64,000 nucleotides of DNA, from the NCBI RefSeq assembly GCF_006345805.1, contig NC_042997.1:86862001-86926000 (forward strand). Reading direction: 5' to 3'. The position numbers and the translations under genes are program-made. The DNA comes from Octopus sinensis (lineage: Eukaryota). Positions within the stretch are counted from its first letter, which is position 1. Each line of letters opens with the position of its first letter. The notes beneath the pieces are model-generated. The model was not told the origin of the DNA and did not search any database. It was given only the letters and a program-made list of their open reading frames with translations. Of the stretch, positions 1-13,863 are shown piece by piece.

Positions 1-999
1 CGCTTAATGCAACCGTATAAACGCTTTGTCTAATCAAAAGGTAAGCTATATATAGTTACACGAAATATACGCATATACATACATACGTACACAAGTGCAT
101 ACATATACCTACATACATTTGTACGCACATACATAGGTATATATATATATATAATATATATATATATATTATATATATATATATATAGATATATATATAT
201 AGAATATTTATATATATCTGTACATACATATATGTGTATATAATATATATATATATATTATATATATATATTATATATTATATATATAATATATATATAT
301 AGATATATGTATGCATATATAAATATACATACTATATTTATATGTATATAATATACATATATATTACACACACGTATATAATATAATGTGTGGGTTGTGT
401 GTGCGTGCGTGCGTGCGTGCGTGGGGTTATATTCGTAGATCAGGCAGTGTTTCATAAAGATATAGAAAAAACAAAAAAAGAAGACTGAAATCTATAAGGC
501 CTTCGGGCGAAAAGAATAAAAAAAGGTTATTGGGGCCAGCAGATTCAGACGACGAAAACTGTGCAAAACACAAACGCAGAGAGGAAGGGAGTCAGGCGCA
601 TGGTTTATAAGAAGACGGGGTACAGAAGAAAAGGGTTGCAAGTATACAATGAAAGAAACAACCAAAAGAAAAAAAAATGATTTAAAAAGAAAATTTTAAA
701 GAAAGATAAAAAATGGGAGAAAGAAAAAACAATTTGGATTAGTTGCTTCTGAGTATATGTGGCCGAGGCGTCGGTAGATGGCGTGCCACGTGCCACGTGC
801 CAAATGATGTCATATCATGTTTGAATTACTGCTTAGATGCGCCATTAGTTAAGTTACGGCAGCCAGATTAAGGAGAAGAGAAAAAGAAGAAAGAAGGTCA
901 GAAGGAATGAATGAAGGAAGGAAAGGAGAAAGGAAGGAAGGAAAATGAATTAGTGGAGTAAATGCGTGTATGTGTATATGCATATATATTGATATACAC

Positions 1000-1090
<91 letters not shown>

Positions 1091-1190
1091 CATCTATCTA
1101 TCCATCTATCTATCTATCAATGTAGATACTTACAGACACACACACACATGCATATACACACGGACACACACACATATATAAACTTACACG

Positions 1191-1224
<34 letters not shown>

Positions 1225-1822
1225 CATATACATACATACATATATATATACATATATGTATATGTACATGTAGAGGTAGGTACACACATATATATATATA
1301 TACATATACATACATACATATATATATACATATATGTATATGTACATGTAGAGGTAGGTACGTACATATATGTTTATATATATGCATATGTTTTATTTCA
1401 TTTATTAATATATATATATATATGTACATAAGCACACGCGCATATATATCTACATACATACACACACACATATGTATCTATATATACATACATATTCACG
1501 CACTTTATATACATATATGGTATGGTAGTAAGCATGGTACAAATAACAAGAGGCATAGTAGATTGGGTGTAGCGATAACAACAACAGCAGTGACTAGAAA
1601 GGGGGCATGGTAAGGTGATTGTGATAACTATAGGTACAGGTAGTTACAATACGGTTTTCAATAGGGCTCACACACCTGCAGCTTATTCACAGCCTTTAAG
1701 TACTTTGGATAGAGCTTTTCACCTGTTCAGGCTGGCATCTTTTTCTTTTTATGCTGCTAATCATATTTTTCAACAGACACACACACACACACACACACAC
1801 ACACCACACACACACACACACA

Positions 1823-1895
1823 GCAGACGGTGGCACATACACACGCAGACGGTGGCACATACACACGCAGACGGTGGCACATACACACGCAGACG
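1823..1895 (+). repeat. 22-bp minisatellite (GCAGACGGTGGCACATACACAC) x3 plus partial copy
   Basis: Unit read directly at 1823, 1845 and 1867, embedded in (CA)n. Confidence 0.9.
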
Positions 1896-2563
1896 TGCGC
1901 GTACACGCACACACGGAGACGTAGGCATGTGCGCACGCACGCGCATACGCACACACGTAGGCATGCACAAACGCTCACACAGAGAGAGAAGTGCAGGCAT
2001 ACACACACAAATAAGCGCGTGCGCACACACACACACGCACACATGCTCGCGCGCACGCATATATCTGTAACTTTTATTCCTTCAAATATTGAATTTTAAC
2101 ATACACCTATCCTAGAACGTGGTGAGCACGGGTAAACTCGATCAAACGCAATTCAGTTCTTAACTGGTTGGCATCTGCATTATCGATATACTTGTCGAAT
2201 CACTAATACTTTTCGAAACAACAACGCACAACACTCACACACATACAAATAAACACAGATGCACATAGAGATACACACGCACACATATACACACACATAC
2301 ACACACACACACACGTACATACGCATTCACACGTACATACACAAATACATGCATACATACATACATACATACATACATACATACATACATACATACATAC
2401 ATAACATACATACATACACGCATTTATAAAGTTTCAGCCTCCAGTGTAGTAAGTAGTTTGCTTCCCACTGCATGGCACCTTGAACAGGTGTCTTACTATA
2501 GCCTTAGGTCGACCAAAGTCTTGTGGGTGGATTTGGTAGACGGAAAGTGAAAAAACCCGTCGT

Positions 2564-2607
<44 letters not shown>

Positions 2608-3266
2608 AATAGATATATATATATATATATTTATTTATTTATTTATTTATAAATAAAAAATATAAAGGGTATCGAATATTTTTAGAAATTTCATTACCAG
2701 TGGCCTAGCATGTATATAAGTCAATAGACAACATATTCTCAATATAAAATAATGTACATTTAAACACAAGAGAAACTACCCTTAACATTTAATTTTGACT
2801 GCTTCTTCTAGCATGTAAAATTACTTGTTAAGGGTAGTTTCTCTCGTGTTTTAAATGTACACTATTTTATATATATATATAACTCCAAGAAAGTTAAGGG
2901 TTGTGAATCCAACCCACTAACGGATAATATCTATCCAATATACTGCTTGTAGAATACCCAGTTATTAATACACAAGTGGTATTTATTGCATTGCTATTAC
3001 ATTACCTAGTGTATTAAATGGGTGAAGGTAAAGAGATATTTTACCATTAATTTATATCGCAAATAAGAAAATGGAGGTGAACAATAGTTGGTTCATCAAC
3101 TTTTGGACATTAAAATGTTAACTTATTTATTTATTAAACTGATAATTATAATAACAAACATATACATAGCATATTATTCTTTGCATATAAGATATAAGAT
3201 ATAAAATATAGTAACATATAAGGATACCAGTAATAATTATAAAAAACATGAATGTAAATTGGTAAA

Positions 3267-3386
3267 ATAACTTACAGCTGTTTCAGCCAATAGATAAAAA
3301 TACTCATTCTGCCTATATTACTTAAGTGGATTGAGGTAATGAACATGAGGTACTTGTATATATCTCTAGGTTTCGTCAGAGATTAT
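3267..3386 (-). ncRNA. Degenerate type I hammerhead ribozyme (Penelope pLTR type)
   Basis: Minus strand: CTGACGA (3379-3373) ... GAAAC-AGCT-GTA|AGTTAT, with palindromic CAGCTG helix III. Stems I and II are imperfect. Confidence 0.45.
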
Positions 3387-4410
3387 AAAGTACAAAAGTT
3401 AAGTTATAATATAATATAAATATAAATATAAAATATACAAAACACACACACATTTGAATATATATATATATATATGTTATTTATATTATTATATGACTGA
3501 ACGCCATGCATCCATTTCCATGTAAGTTTATATATATATAAAGTACAGGACATCACCAACGAGTAAAAAATACGTAAACACACGAAAGAAAAGTATAGGA
3601 CAAAATATCAAAAAAAGATAACTCGCTCATCAGTTGTCGACTGTTTATTACTATCCATTTCGTGCCTTTAACGACAAGATAGAAATACTTCATAATACAG
3701 CAACATCCAGAAATTTTAAAATATAAATTTGTGGAGAATTAGGGCTTCGAACGAACAAAAAACAACAGAGTGGACGTACAGAGTAATCACAGACGAAGAC
3801 AAACATTAAGGGCCATTAGGCCAAGACGAATTGTAATGGGTAACGCCTGGGGGAAATTTTGAAAGGATATAGAATAAATAGAAGAGAAGAAAATAGTAGA
3901 AGAGAAAATAAATGTCGAGAGGCGAGAGAAGAGGGAAATGACGTCCAGCTAGTTGGACGTCGCATACAAAAAAGACAGAGGCGAGAAAAAAGACCTATAA
4001 TCACGTGTGATCAACAGGCAGAATGGGGAGGGGACAGGAGAGAGGATGAGGGAAAGAAAAGGGGACGAGAGAGGGGATGAGGGAAAGAAACAAAGAGAGT
4101 GAAGAGAAGGGAGAAGGAACGAAAGATAGTAGGGAATGAAAGAAAGACAAAGAGTGAGTGGGAGAAAAGGAAAATATAGAGGATTACAGAGGAATAGAGA
4201 GAAAGAAAGAAAACAGAGTGTGGAATCGCAGAAATTATATATAAATGTAAGAACTTACTGTGGACAAGGTTGCGTGGCTTTCAATTATAAAAAAAAAATA
4301 CATTAAGTACAGAGGAAAAAGGACAACAATAAAGAAGGCAGGATGAGTATCTCAAGTTATTTAGAATATTTAATTAAAGGTGAATTTGAGGTAATTAATT
4401 AATTATTAGA

Positions 4411-4488
4411 TGTCTTACAGATGTTCCTGGGATATCCCAAGTGATAGTTTAGCATCTCCATACACTGGGTATTCCATCATCAGAGACA
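4411..4488 (-). ncRNA. Type I hammerhead ribozyme with one core substitution (GAAA to GGAA)
   Basis: Minus strand: TGTCT-CTGATGA-TGGAATACCCAG...CTTGGGATATCCCA-GGAAC-ATCT-GTA|AGACA. Stem I TGTCT/AGACA is perfect. Confidence 0.6.
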
Positions 4489-5699
4489 AAGTGATTGTGT
4501 ATGAAAGTTCTAGACAGGGAATTCACAGTTTATAAAGAAATGAAATAATAGATAGAAGAATAAAGTGTAAAGCAGTAGATAGAAGAATACAGACAGGAGA
4601 ATAAAGACTAAAACAGTAGATAGAAAATAAAGTTAACTAATTAATAAAGTTAACTAATTAATTAATTAATTTCTTCAAATTCACTTACTCAAATTAAATA
4701 TTATAAATGACTTGAGATACGCGTCCTGCCTTGGTTGTTGTTGTCCTTTTTCTTCTGATATATACCTGCTAACTGGGTACTCTACTACGGATCTTTAGCT
4801 CCAGCCTCAGCTATGAACTTGGAACCTAACGGAAGATCAATTATAGCTTACCTATTCGTTTAGATCACCAGTGAACTAAACCCCTCATATTATATATATA
4901 TATATATGGCTGTGTAGGTGTGGGTGTGTGGGTGGGTGTGGATGTGTGGGTGTGTGGGTGGGTGTGGGTATGTGGGTGTGTGTTTGCACGTATGTGTGAA
5001 TCTTTTTTTCTGTGTTCCTCACCACTGCTTGACAACTGGTGTTGGTGTGTTTACGTTCCCGTAACGTAGCGTCTCGGCAAAAGAGTCTAATAGAAAAAGT
5101 ACCTGGCCTAAAAGAGAACGAATACTGCTATCGCTTCGTTCGACTAAAATTCTTGAAGGCGGTGCCCCAACATGGTTGCTGTCTAATGACTGAAGCAAGT
5201 GCCATACGCGACATTCTCCGTCCTTGAGTGACTTTGTAACTTCTGCCAATTAGAATGTATATAGCTATATATTGAGTCCTATTTATTTGGTTCTATGAAA
5301 TCTGTATGTATGTATGTATGTATGTATGTATGTATGTATGTATGTATGTATGTATGTATGCATGTATGCATGTATGTATGTATGTATGTATGTATGTATG
5401 TATGTATGTATGTATGTATGTATGTATGTATGTATGTATGCATGTATGTATATATGTATGTATGTATGTATGTATGTTTGTATGTATGTACGTGTGAATG
5501 TGTATGTGTGCAAATGCATGTATGCAAACACACACTCACACACGCACGCATGCATGCACGCACAGGCGCATACACACGCATACAAACACACACACTCACA
5601 CATGCACACATATATACATAGATGCTTGTTGGCTGAAAGTTCAGAAAAGTTTTAAAGCTCTTTTGAGGTATTCATTTACGGTCTTCTCCTTATTGATGA

Positions 5700-6560
5700 G
5701 TTAATCATAGCTGACATTCCAGTAAAGGCTATGTTTTTTGGTCGTTCATATTTGGTGTCTTGCTGGGTGTGCACAAGTTCTCCATGTTTTACAACTCCAA
5801 AATGTACACCTGAACACAATAAATTTCATTCCAATGTTTTTAAAGAATTGGGTTACGAAATCCAGTTGCTTTTTGATGTGGTAAATACTTGACACAAACA
5901 TTCAGGACATCAAGAAAGAAAAGGTGAAAGATGTTACAGGATTTATTCCTATAGCTGTTATGTTTCTAAATGTTAGGAGTGTTTAATGAAAGCACAAAGC
6001 GCAGATCAAGCTATCGTCCCGAAGGATGCCTTTTGCCATTTTGTCCGTGTATGACATCAGATTTGATAAGTTTGATGATGCTTCTAAGAAATAAGGAGAT
6101 GTACCAGAGTTTAGTTATGTGGTGGACGGCAGCTACTAGCGGTGATGGGACTTCGGCTTATTGTAGCACTTTGATAATACACCCATATGTTATACTATCA
6201 AAGGGCTTTTGGTAGTCCAGCTACAGTATAGGCAAGTTTTTACGAAGCTTTATACTTCATTCTTGTAACATTTTATTAATTAGTAGGTATTCAATACAGC
6301 CCCACGCTTCTTTCTTTCCTCTCGGCTTATTCAGGAATTAAAATATTGTTGCTAGTACAATGATCCTGTAGAAACAGGTTGAGGCACCAAGTGCAGAGCT
6401 TATACAGGTTTATGCATAAGCGATAATTGTATAACTGACTCTTAAGTGTGTCCAAAATTAAAAGCGAGGTCTTTAAATACTTCATTATTTCTATCAGATT
6501 TTTATTCCTTTCTTGTTCAACTACTTTCTTGATACAGTCCCCCAGCACAGAGATATTGGA
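5700..6560 (-). mobile_element. Degenerate non-LTR retrotransposon reverse-transcriptase remnant (resembles the R4/Dong-NeSL-R2 group)
   Basis: Manual translation through stops and frameshifts gives NYRL-C-NLYKLCT...NNILIPE, LLINK, LDYQKPFDSITY, KGILRDDSL and KQLDFVTQFFKNIGMKF, in RT domain order. Confidence 0.6.
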
Positions 6561-7088
6561 GTATTTTGTGAATTCAAATTGTTATAGAATAAAAGCAAAT
6601 ACGCCTTCTACAGAGACCATAGTTTTTCAATTTTAATTGCTTACAATTCTGATTCAGCAAAATAAACAGCATTAAATTCATGTCGATATCGATAGTAGTT
6701 TTTGCAGTTCAGCCTTTAAAGACTAAGAATCGTTCTAGTATTTTAAATAAATTATTTCATATTGTCTTAGTACTCACACTCATTAATTTAATCCTCTTTA
6801 ACATTTTTCTGAAATATTCGGTATTTTGTTGGAGGCGTACAGAATGAACGGATAATTGTTCTCACTTCAGCGGATAGGTTTTCTGCATTAGGAACTATTT
6901 CATTAAATTCAATTCGCTTCAGATCAACACTTATTAAACACCTTCATAATTTCAGAATCTACATCTACAACAGTTTGATAATAATCTTCGAATGTGCCTC
7001 TAAATTCGTTGATGACGTTTCAAGAGTTGTTAGTCAATCTAGCTTAATCACAATTTGCTTAAGTTTTATTGTAAAGAACATCATAAAG

Positions 7089-7312
7089 AACTGTGTGGTA
7101 AGTAGCTTGCTTACCAACCACATGGTTTCGGGTACAGTCCCACTGCATGGCACCTTGGGCAAGTGTCTTCTACTATAGCCCCGGGCAGACCAAGCCTTGT
7201 GAGTGGATTTGGTAGACAGAAACGTAAAGAAGCCCGTCGTATATATATGTATATATATATATATATATATAATATATATAATATCTGGTGTGATGTGTGT
7301 GTTGTGTGTGTG

Positions 7313-7354
<42 letters not shown>

Positions 7355-7608
7355 TTGTTTGTGTGTGTGTGTGTATATAAAGCTCTTCAATATAAGTATA
7401 TATATATATATGTTTCTGTGTGCATATGTTGTCTCTCCTCCATCGCTTACAACGATGTTGATGAGTTTATGTCCCCGTAACTTAGCGGTTCGGCACACAA
7501 GAAACCGATAGAATAAGTACTAGGCTTACAAAGAATAAATCTGGAGTCAATTTGTTCGACCTAAGGAGGTGCTCCAGCATGCCGCAGTCAAATGACTGAA
7601 ACAAATAA
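7089..7608 (+). mobile_element. tRNA-derived SINE family A, full-length copy with internal microsatellite
   Basis: Head CTGTGTGGTAAGTAGCTTGC...GGTACAGTCCC and body CAAAGCCTTGTGAGTGGATTTGGTAGAC, then (AT)n/(GT)n and tail CCCCGTAACTTAGCGGTTCGGC...AATGACTGAAAC. The same family recurs more than 15 times in the window. Confidence 0.9.
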
Positions 7609-8074
7609 AAAAACATATATTTGTGTGTGTGTGTGTGTGTGTACTTTGAATTCAGATAGCCTTGCTTTTAAAATTTCAAAAATTTGTAGAGCAATAAATT
7701 TCTGATTTCCAGCAATTAATTTCAGTGAGTACAGCAGATTGGCAAGAAAGAGTTTATTTATCTCACAAGATAGTTCCTAGATGATGTCACATGAGCAACG
7801 TGCTCTGTTTACGTTCGAACTGTAAACTCAGAATAGAGAGAAGATATGTCACATGACAAGTAGCACGTATTAGTCGTAATAACCCTGAAAGTGGTTTTAC
7901 AAGTTTATAAAAACAAAACAAAATACAATAACACATCATTTCGTCATGCCATACGAAGTCTACACCTAAACTAATATAAATGGCGTCGTATTGCTTGATA
8001 CTCTCCTCTCCCTGAGGCAGCAAGCCAGTAGAATTGTTAGCACGTCGGTCCAAATGCATAGTGGCATTTCGTCC

Positions 8075-8174
8075 NNNNNNNNNNNNNNNNNNNNNNNNNN
8101 NNNNNNNNNNNNNNNNNNNNNNNNNNNNNNNNNNNNNNNNNNNNNNNNNNNNNNNNNNNNNNNNNNNNNNNNNN
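8075..8174. other. Assembly gap (100 N)
   Basis: Run of exactly 100 N, the usual placeholder for a gap of unknown size. Confidence 0.99.
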
Positions 8175-8663
8175 GAGGAACGATCGATATGTAGATAGAT
8201 TTCCATTATTCCTCATCTTACATATGCAACAATAGCGATACTATCATTGACAACATTTGTTACTATAAATCCTTGCTGCCGAAGCAGAAACGCGGCAACA
8301 ACAAATGTTTGTGAGAGTCAACGTGGTCGCTAAACCTACTAGAAATGCAAGCTATATATCCCTCAAATCTTATCCAATGTTTGAGTTAAAAATGAAAAAG
8401 ATGGTCACAGCTGGACTGCTCGTTCATGGCTGACACGATATTGAATAACAGACAGCAGCGACAGCAACAGTAGCAACAACAACTTCGTCCTGAACAGTCC
8501 ATACAAAGGTCTAGATTCTGAACCTAAGAAATGTATTGTTTCAAACCAAACACAAAGGACCAACATAAAAGAAATTCGAAAAGAAAAAAAGTATCCTTAA
8601 TAAAATACATGGGGATTGAGCACAGCTGTGTTTTAACTAAAATTTGTTAGACAGTAATCCTCA

Positions 8664-8734
<71 letters not shown>

Positions 8735-9025
8735 GCAGCAAGAAGAAAAAGTTTCATTAAAATACTTTGCTTCTCAACCACGTGTGTCCGGCTTCGAACC
8801 CACTGCGTGGCACATTGGGTCAATAAAAAATTTTTTTTTTCTATCATTGTCCTAAATTGGCAAACGTTCATATTCAAGATCTATAAAACCGATGTGTTTT
8901 ATGCATGTTCTTGTTTTAGTGCTCACGATATAATGGAGCTAGAAATAAAGACTATGGACGATGTGTGTGTGTGTGTGTGTGTAAGAATATATACAGCCAC
9001 ACTCTCAGATACATAGACAAACAAT

Positions 9026-9067
<42 letters not shown>

Positions 9068-9100
9068 GCATATACATACATATACATACAGACACGCACG

Positions 9101-9150
<50 letters not shown>

Positions 9151-9465
9151 ATGTTGGCTATGATCATCGCTGATAAGTGTTAAGTGTCAGCAATGCCTGT
9201 GCAAGGATTTTAAGTCAAGTGCGGAATTGCACGACACCACGATGACCCTTACTAGCAATACCAAGAAGCCCAGAGACAAGCAGAGTGCGAGATACCCGGC
9301 TCACTGCAGCAGTGGGTTCTATATACGAGTTAGCCTTCCCCTAGAGGGATGCCTTGACATACATACATATATACATGCATGAATACATCATTATAGGTAT
9401 GTGTGTGTTTGTATATATTCATATATATATATGTATATACATGTTTATATGCATACATACACATG

Positions 9466-9531
<66 letters not shown>

Positions 9532-10565
9532 ATATATATATATATATATATATAACGTTGTGCAGCTGCATGTGCAAATTTTATATAAAAGCAAAAAGTG
9601 CGAGTGAAAGATTCTATTTCTTAATACGAAATTATACTTATTATTTAATCTCTAGTTTATTATTTGTTCACGTTTTTGTTTGTTTAGTTTATTTTTCTGT
9701 ATTGTTTATGCGAAATTTATCTGTTTATTATCTATCTCTAATTCATCTGTACACACATACATAAATGCACACATACCTATACATATATATTTACACAAAC
9801 ATTCATAGCATACATACATACATACATACATACATGCATTTCTTCAAGTTGCATGCTGGTTCGAATGCCCCATCAGTAAGATTTAGAACCATGATTCTCA
9901 ATCAAGTTATAACTAGGGATCCTAATATTTTAATGAATTTTACCGAGTTTCTTAGGCTTTAGAAAAGTCTGCTTACAAATTGTGCTACTTTTGTTTGCTG
10001 ACAGCAACTTGTTTTCTCAGTTTCATCTCTCAGTCAAAAGATAAATATAGCTTACTAATCTTATGTCACTAGAGTAATTATATTTTCTATATTGCAGTCT
10101 TCAAAAATTTGAGTATGGTACACGGACTCTCAAACTTCCAGCACTATGTAGGTTGAACTCCAGTTTCGGTTTAGACGAAGTGTCTCTTATTCAAGTTAGT
10201 TCGAAGTTATTGCTTTATTCACATTTATATTTTTAATTGTTTCGGTCATTAGACCGTCCTGAGGGTTTTTTCCAGTGGTCCCTACGACCCTTGCGGGTCC
10301 ATATAAGATTTTTTTGTGGGGGGGGGGGGCCAGGCTAGCAAAATAATAAATTGGGTATTCACTGAAGTATTTTAAACATTCATGAAAAGATTTGATTTAA
10401 ATGGATGCATTGCAAGAAACAGCAAGGTTTCTTTCCCTAGTATTTTATATTAATACAACCTATACAAGTCAATGTATGAATAACAAACTAAAAATTTTGA
10501 AAGAAATATCTATAAACTTAGTTTTTATAAACATTAAATGGCTATGGAGATCCACCACAGTCATA

Positions 10566-10786
10566 CCCGGTAAGTTCACCGTCATCAATTCACCGCAGGG
10601 TAAGTTCAACGTACGAAGTTTTTGACATAATTTTACGAATTCAATATTTCTCGTTTTTTTTCTTTAATAAAGTATCATAGTTTTTAACTATTAATGGTGA
10701 GTGGGATACTATGGATATGTTTTCTCGGTAAACTTTCCTCGCGGTGAACTTTCTTCACAGTGAATTGATGGCGGTGAACTTACCTG
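10566..10786. mobile_element. MITE with ~45-bp terminal inverted repeats (GGTAAGTTCACCG...), probably Tc1/mariner-type, inside a degenerate hAT-like MITE (~10261-10852)
   Basis: GGTAAGTTCACCGTCATCAATTCACC at 10569 is mirrored by GTGAATTGATGGCGGTGAACTTACC ending 10784, with TA on both flanks. Outer ends are GAGGGTTTT.../...GAGAACCCTG. Confidence 0.55.
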
Positions 10787-10904
10787 TAAACCGCCAGAGT
10801 AATATTGTAATCAAAGGGGTCCTTAAGTAAAAAAATATGGCTGAGAACCCTGATTTAATCGAACAAATCTACTCCAGTACTTATTTGTACAACAGGCACA
10901 TATT

Positions 10905-11021
10905 CTCTCGTTCATTTTTGCCGAACCGCTAAGTTACAGGAACGTAAACTAACCAACACTGGTTGTCAAGCGGTAGTGGGAAACACAAATAGAAAGACAT
11001 AAATAGGACAATACAAATAGA

Positions 11022-11088
<67 letters not shown>

Positions 11089-11280
11089 ACACACACCACA
11101 CCAACACACAACACACACAGAGCTTGTTTCGGTTTCTGCCTACCAAATCCACTCTCAAGGCTTTGGTTGGTGCGAGGCTATAGTAGATGACACCTGCTAA
11201 ATGTGTCGCGTAGTGGGACTGAACCCAAGACCACATAGTCGGTAAGCCAGCTTCTTAACCACACAGTCATCCCTGTGCCT
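10905..11280 (-). mobile_element. SINE family A copy
   Basis: Reverse complement of the head, body and tail seen at 7089-7608. Confidence 0.85.
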
Positions 11281-13706
11281 ATTCATACAGCCACACTTAC
11301 ATGGCTCTTTTCTCCATAAATAAATAGGTAACTACACAAATGAATAATGATTCATTGAAACACAAACATGATTAACAATGATGCTTTTTGGACATGAGTG
11401 TGGAATAATTCGTAATCTTGATAACTATTTGTTGCATTGACATAAGCTTGTGCCGTTAAGGTATACTCAAACATGGGCACAAGCATGTTCAACTCAGTGA
11501 AAAGGCAAAACCAAAAGAAAAAACGAACAATCTTTTTCAAACATTAGTTTACGTTAACTTTTTATGAGAACGAAATGCCACCAGGGCCGCATTTAGACTT
11601 GGTCAAACCCAAAGTTGCGTATATAAACCTTAGTAGTTGCTTGTTAACATATTATCCTTGAAGATCTCACAAATATTTGAAACGTATGTGCCTTTTAACT
11701 ATTTCGAATTCCGAGGTCCTGTACTGTAATTTAGTTATCTTACACATTAATCTTGTACCGTATGTTATGACATTATTTGTTTATCGATGACATTAGTGAA
11801 CTTACTTGAATTGCTGAGACCAGGAATCGAAATTTGGTCGCAAAGTCAACTCACCGGAAGCTATTTATCGTAGCCTATGACATTTCGTTACCCGCTCCGT
11901 TTGCGGGCGTAAAATGTAAGATTTATACATAAAAGCGACATAGTGCGATATTGAAATGTTTATTCCTTTCGTTGGGACGTTAATCGTATAAGTGGTATAA
12001 AATTACTGCAAACATGTGTAGTTTGATCTGCCTTTAATTCGATGGAATTTCTAAATGGAGGAGCCAATATATTGCAGGTCTATACAAAAATCTGAAAGAA
12101 ATATCAACCAAAATGTCGCTCAAAAATCATATCATCTTAAAAAAGGAAGGATATATTAAATAATGTAGTCCTAGATATGCTTTGCCTGATAAAGAAAAAA
12201 AGATGAGATGGTGGATGGTCAAAACATCTACGATGAAAGATTTGCTTGATCATGGTTTCTAGGATGAAACAACTACTTCAGTTTCTTTTTATTGAACACA
12301 AGACATGTATGTTTTCAGAGGACAGAAAACTACACTTTTTACGGGGTTCATGGATTAATAGGTACGAGTGTACTGAAATTAATTAATTTCAACGGGGAAT
12401 GGAAGCCGTTTCACTGAATCAGTTGGCTTGGAGTTTATCACTTTCAAGGCTCGTTGGGACCCTCTTTGTACGAATGAATAACAGCGATCATCATGCTTTG
12501 GGAAATTTTCAATATTTTCACTTGGAGCAAAGTTCTATAGAATTTAGACGAGTGACAGAAATTGTACCATTCAGATTAAATATTGATTACGTAAGTGAAG
12601 TAAATGGACTTGAAACAAGGATCGAAAACAGCTCGTACGCGTAACGATTTATCACTTGTTTTGCGACAAACGCTATTTCTTCTTATGCTGATTTTAGAAA
12701 AGAAATGTTCAATAAACTTTATTTTGGAAATGGGGAAGTAAGAGAAGGGTAGAGTACACTGGATTGTATACATTACTTGTGTATATTTTAACAAACTCCT
12801 CAGATTAAGAAACATTTGATTAGGTAGAATTCAGAACTTACAAAGACAAAACTGCATAATTATTTCACTAATTTCGTTTTCGTTTTTTATTTTTTTATAA
12901 GTTGCGGTACTCTCGGCTTCGAGAGTACGGCAACTTATATTTTCCCTTGAATGCGACTCAAAAGTTTGCCGTGCATCCAAGAGGACGAAGTTTATAATTT
13001 TCATACGCCTGTTCTAATCCCAAAGAAGGTATGCTAAACTGATTGTGTCTCCAAACGGTAAGAAAACAAAATGAAGACTATAAGTAATAGGACCGATATG
13101 TTGCTAAACCACAGCCATGTTTTTATGTTATCCTTTTTAGAAAAATTCCAAGTCAAAATAAGGGTGCATCTTTGAGATAAAAGTGTCTTCAACCCCGAGA
13201 AATATGGGAGTCCGACAAGGAGAGGACGGTGTCCCTAACATTAGAGGACATTGTCCCTAACGCTCGTAGGTCCTCCTACACTGTTGAGAGGAACGGAGCA
13301 GAAGCCCAGCCAGAACATCTGCAGACCAATAATGTAAATGATTGGTTCGAATACTTGCCACAAAGTGAACATGTCTAAATGCTCCTAAAGACCAGGTAAT
13401 GGTGTTAAATAGGATGGCATGATTGGACTACTATGCAAAATATCAAGAATAATTCGAACAAATAACTGCAGTAGATATAACAACTAAAAAACGGTAGAAA
13501 TAACAATGCTGCTATGAGAAGCGATAACAGTACAAAGATTATGTTGGCGAGACCAAAGATGTTTTTGAATATTAATTTGATGCGGGAAGACGAAATATCT
13601 AGAGCTTCGAACAGAACACATTAATCGGAGATTTAAGGGAATACTAAGAAAACTAACAAAGAAAGTTATGACAACACTGGGGAAAAATTACCGAAATGCC
13701 ACTCAC

Positions 13707-13863
13707 CATTTGCTCGAAGATCATTAAGTCGAAAATTTTTATCCTGCTCAATCTTGGGGACATCCCGCCAGCACTCTTTCTCCAGAGCATTTTGTAATTT
13801 GGCCGACAAGAGAATCTCCTCCGATGTTATATTCCGTTTTTTGATTAAGAATGACCGAGGCAT
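13707..13863 (-). CDS. First coding exon of a SNAG-domain transcriptional repressor (Snail/Scratch/Gfi1-type C2H2 zinc-finger family); remaining exons not found in window
   Basis: Minus-strand ATG at 13863 gives MPRSFLIKKR..., the N-terminal SNAG consensus (MPRSFLVKK). After 52 codons plus 1 nt the frame meets AATG|GTGAGT (donor GT at 13706-13705), a phase-1 intron as in Snail/Scratch/Gfi1 first coding exons. The 213 nt upstream (13864-14076) contain no minus-strand ATG. Confidence 0.78.

Noticed and set aside
5680-5810. Apparent phase-1 exon (GVHFGVVKHGELVH...) as exon 2 of the SNAG gene
   Set aside because: It is collinear with, and part of, the degenerate LINE RT remnant at 5700-6560.
13200-13318. 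CTGCAG acceptor 390 nt downstream of the SNAG donor
   Set aside because: All frames stop within about 26 codons, with no zinc-finger similarity and no convincing donor.
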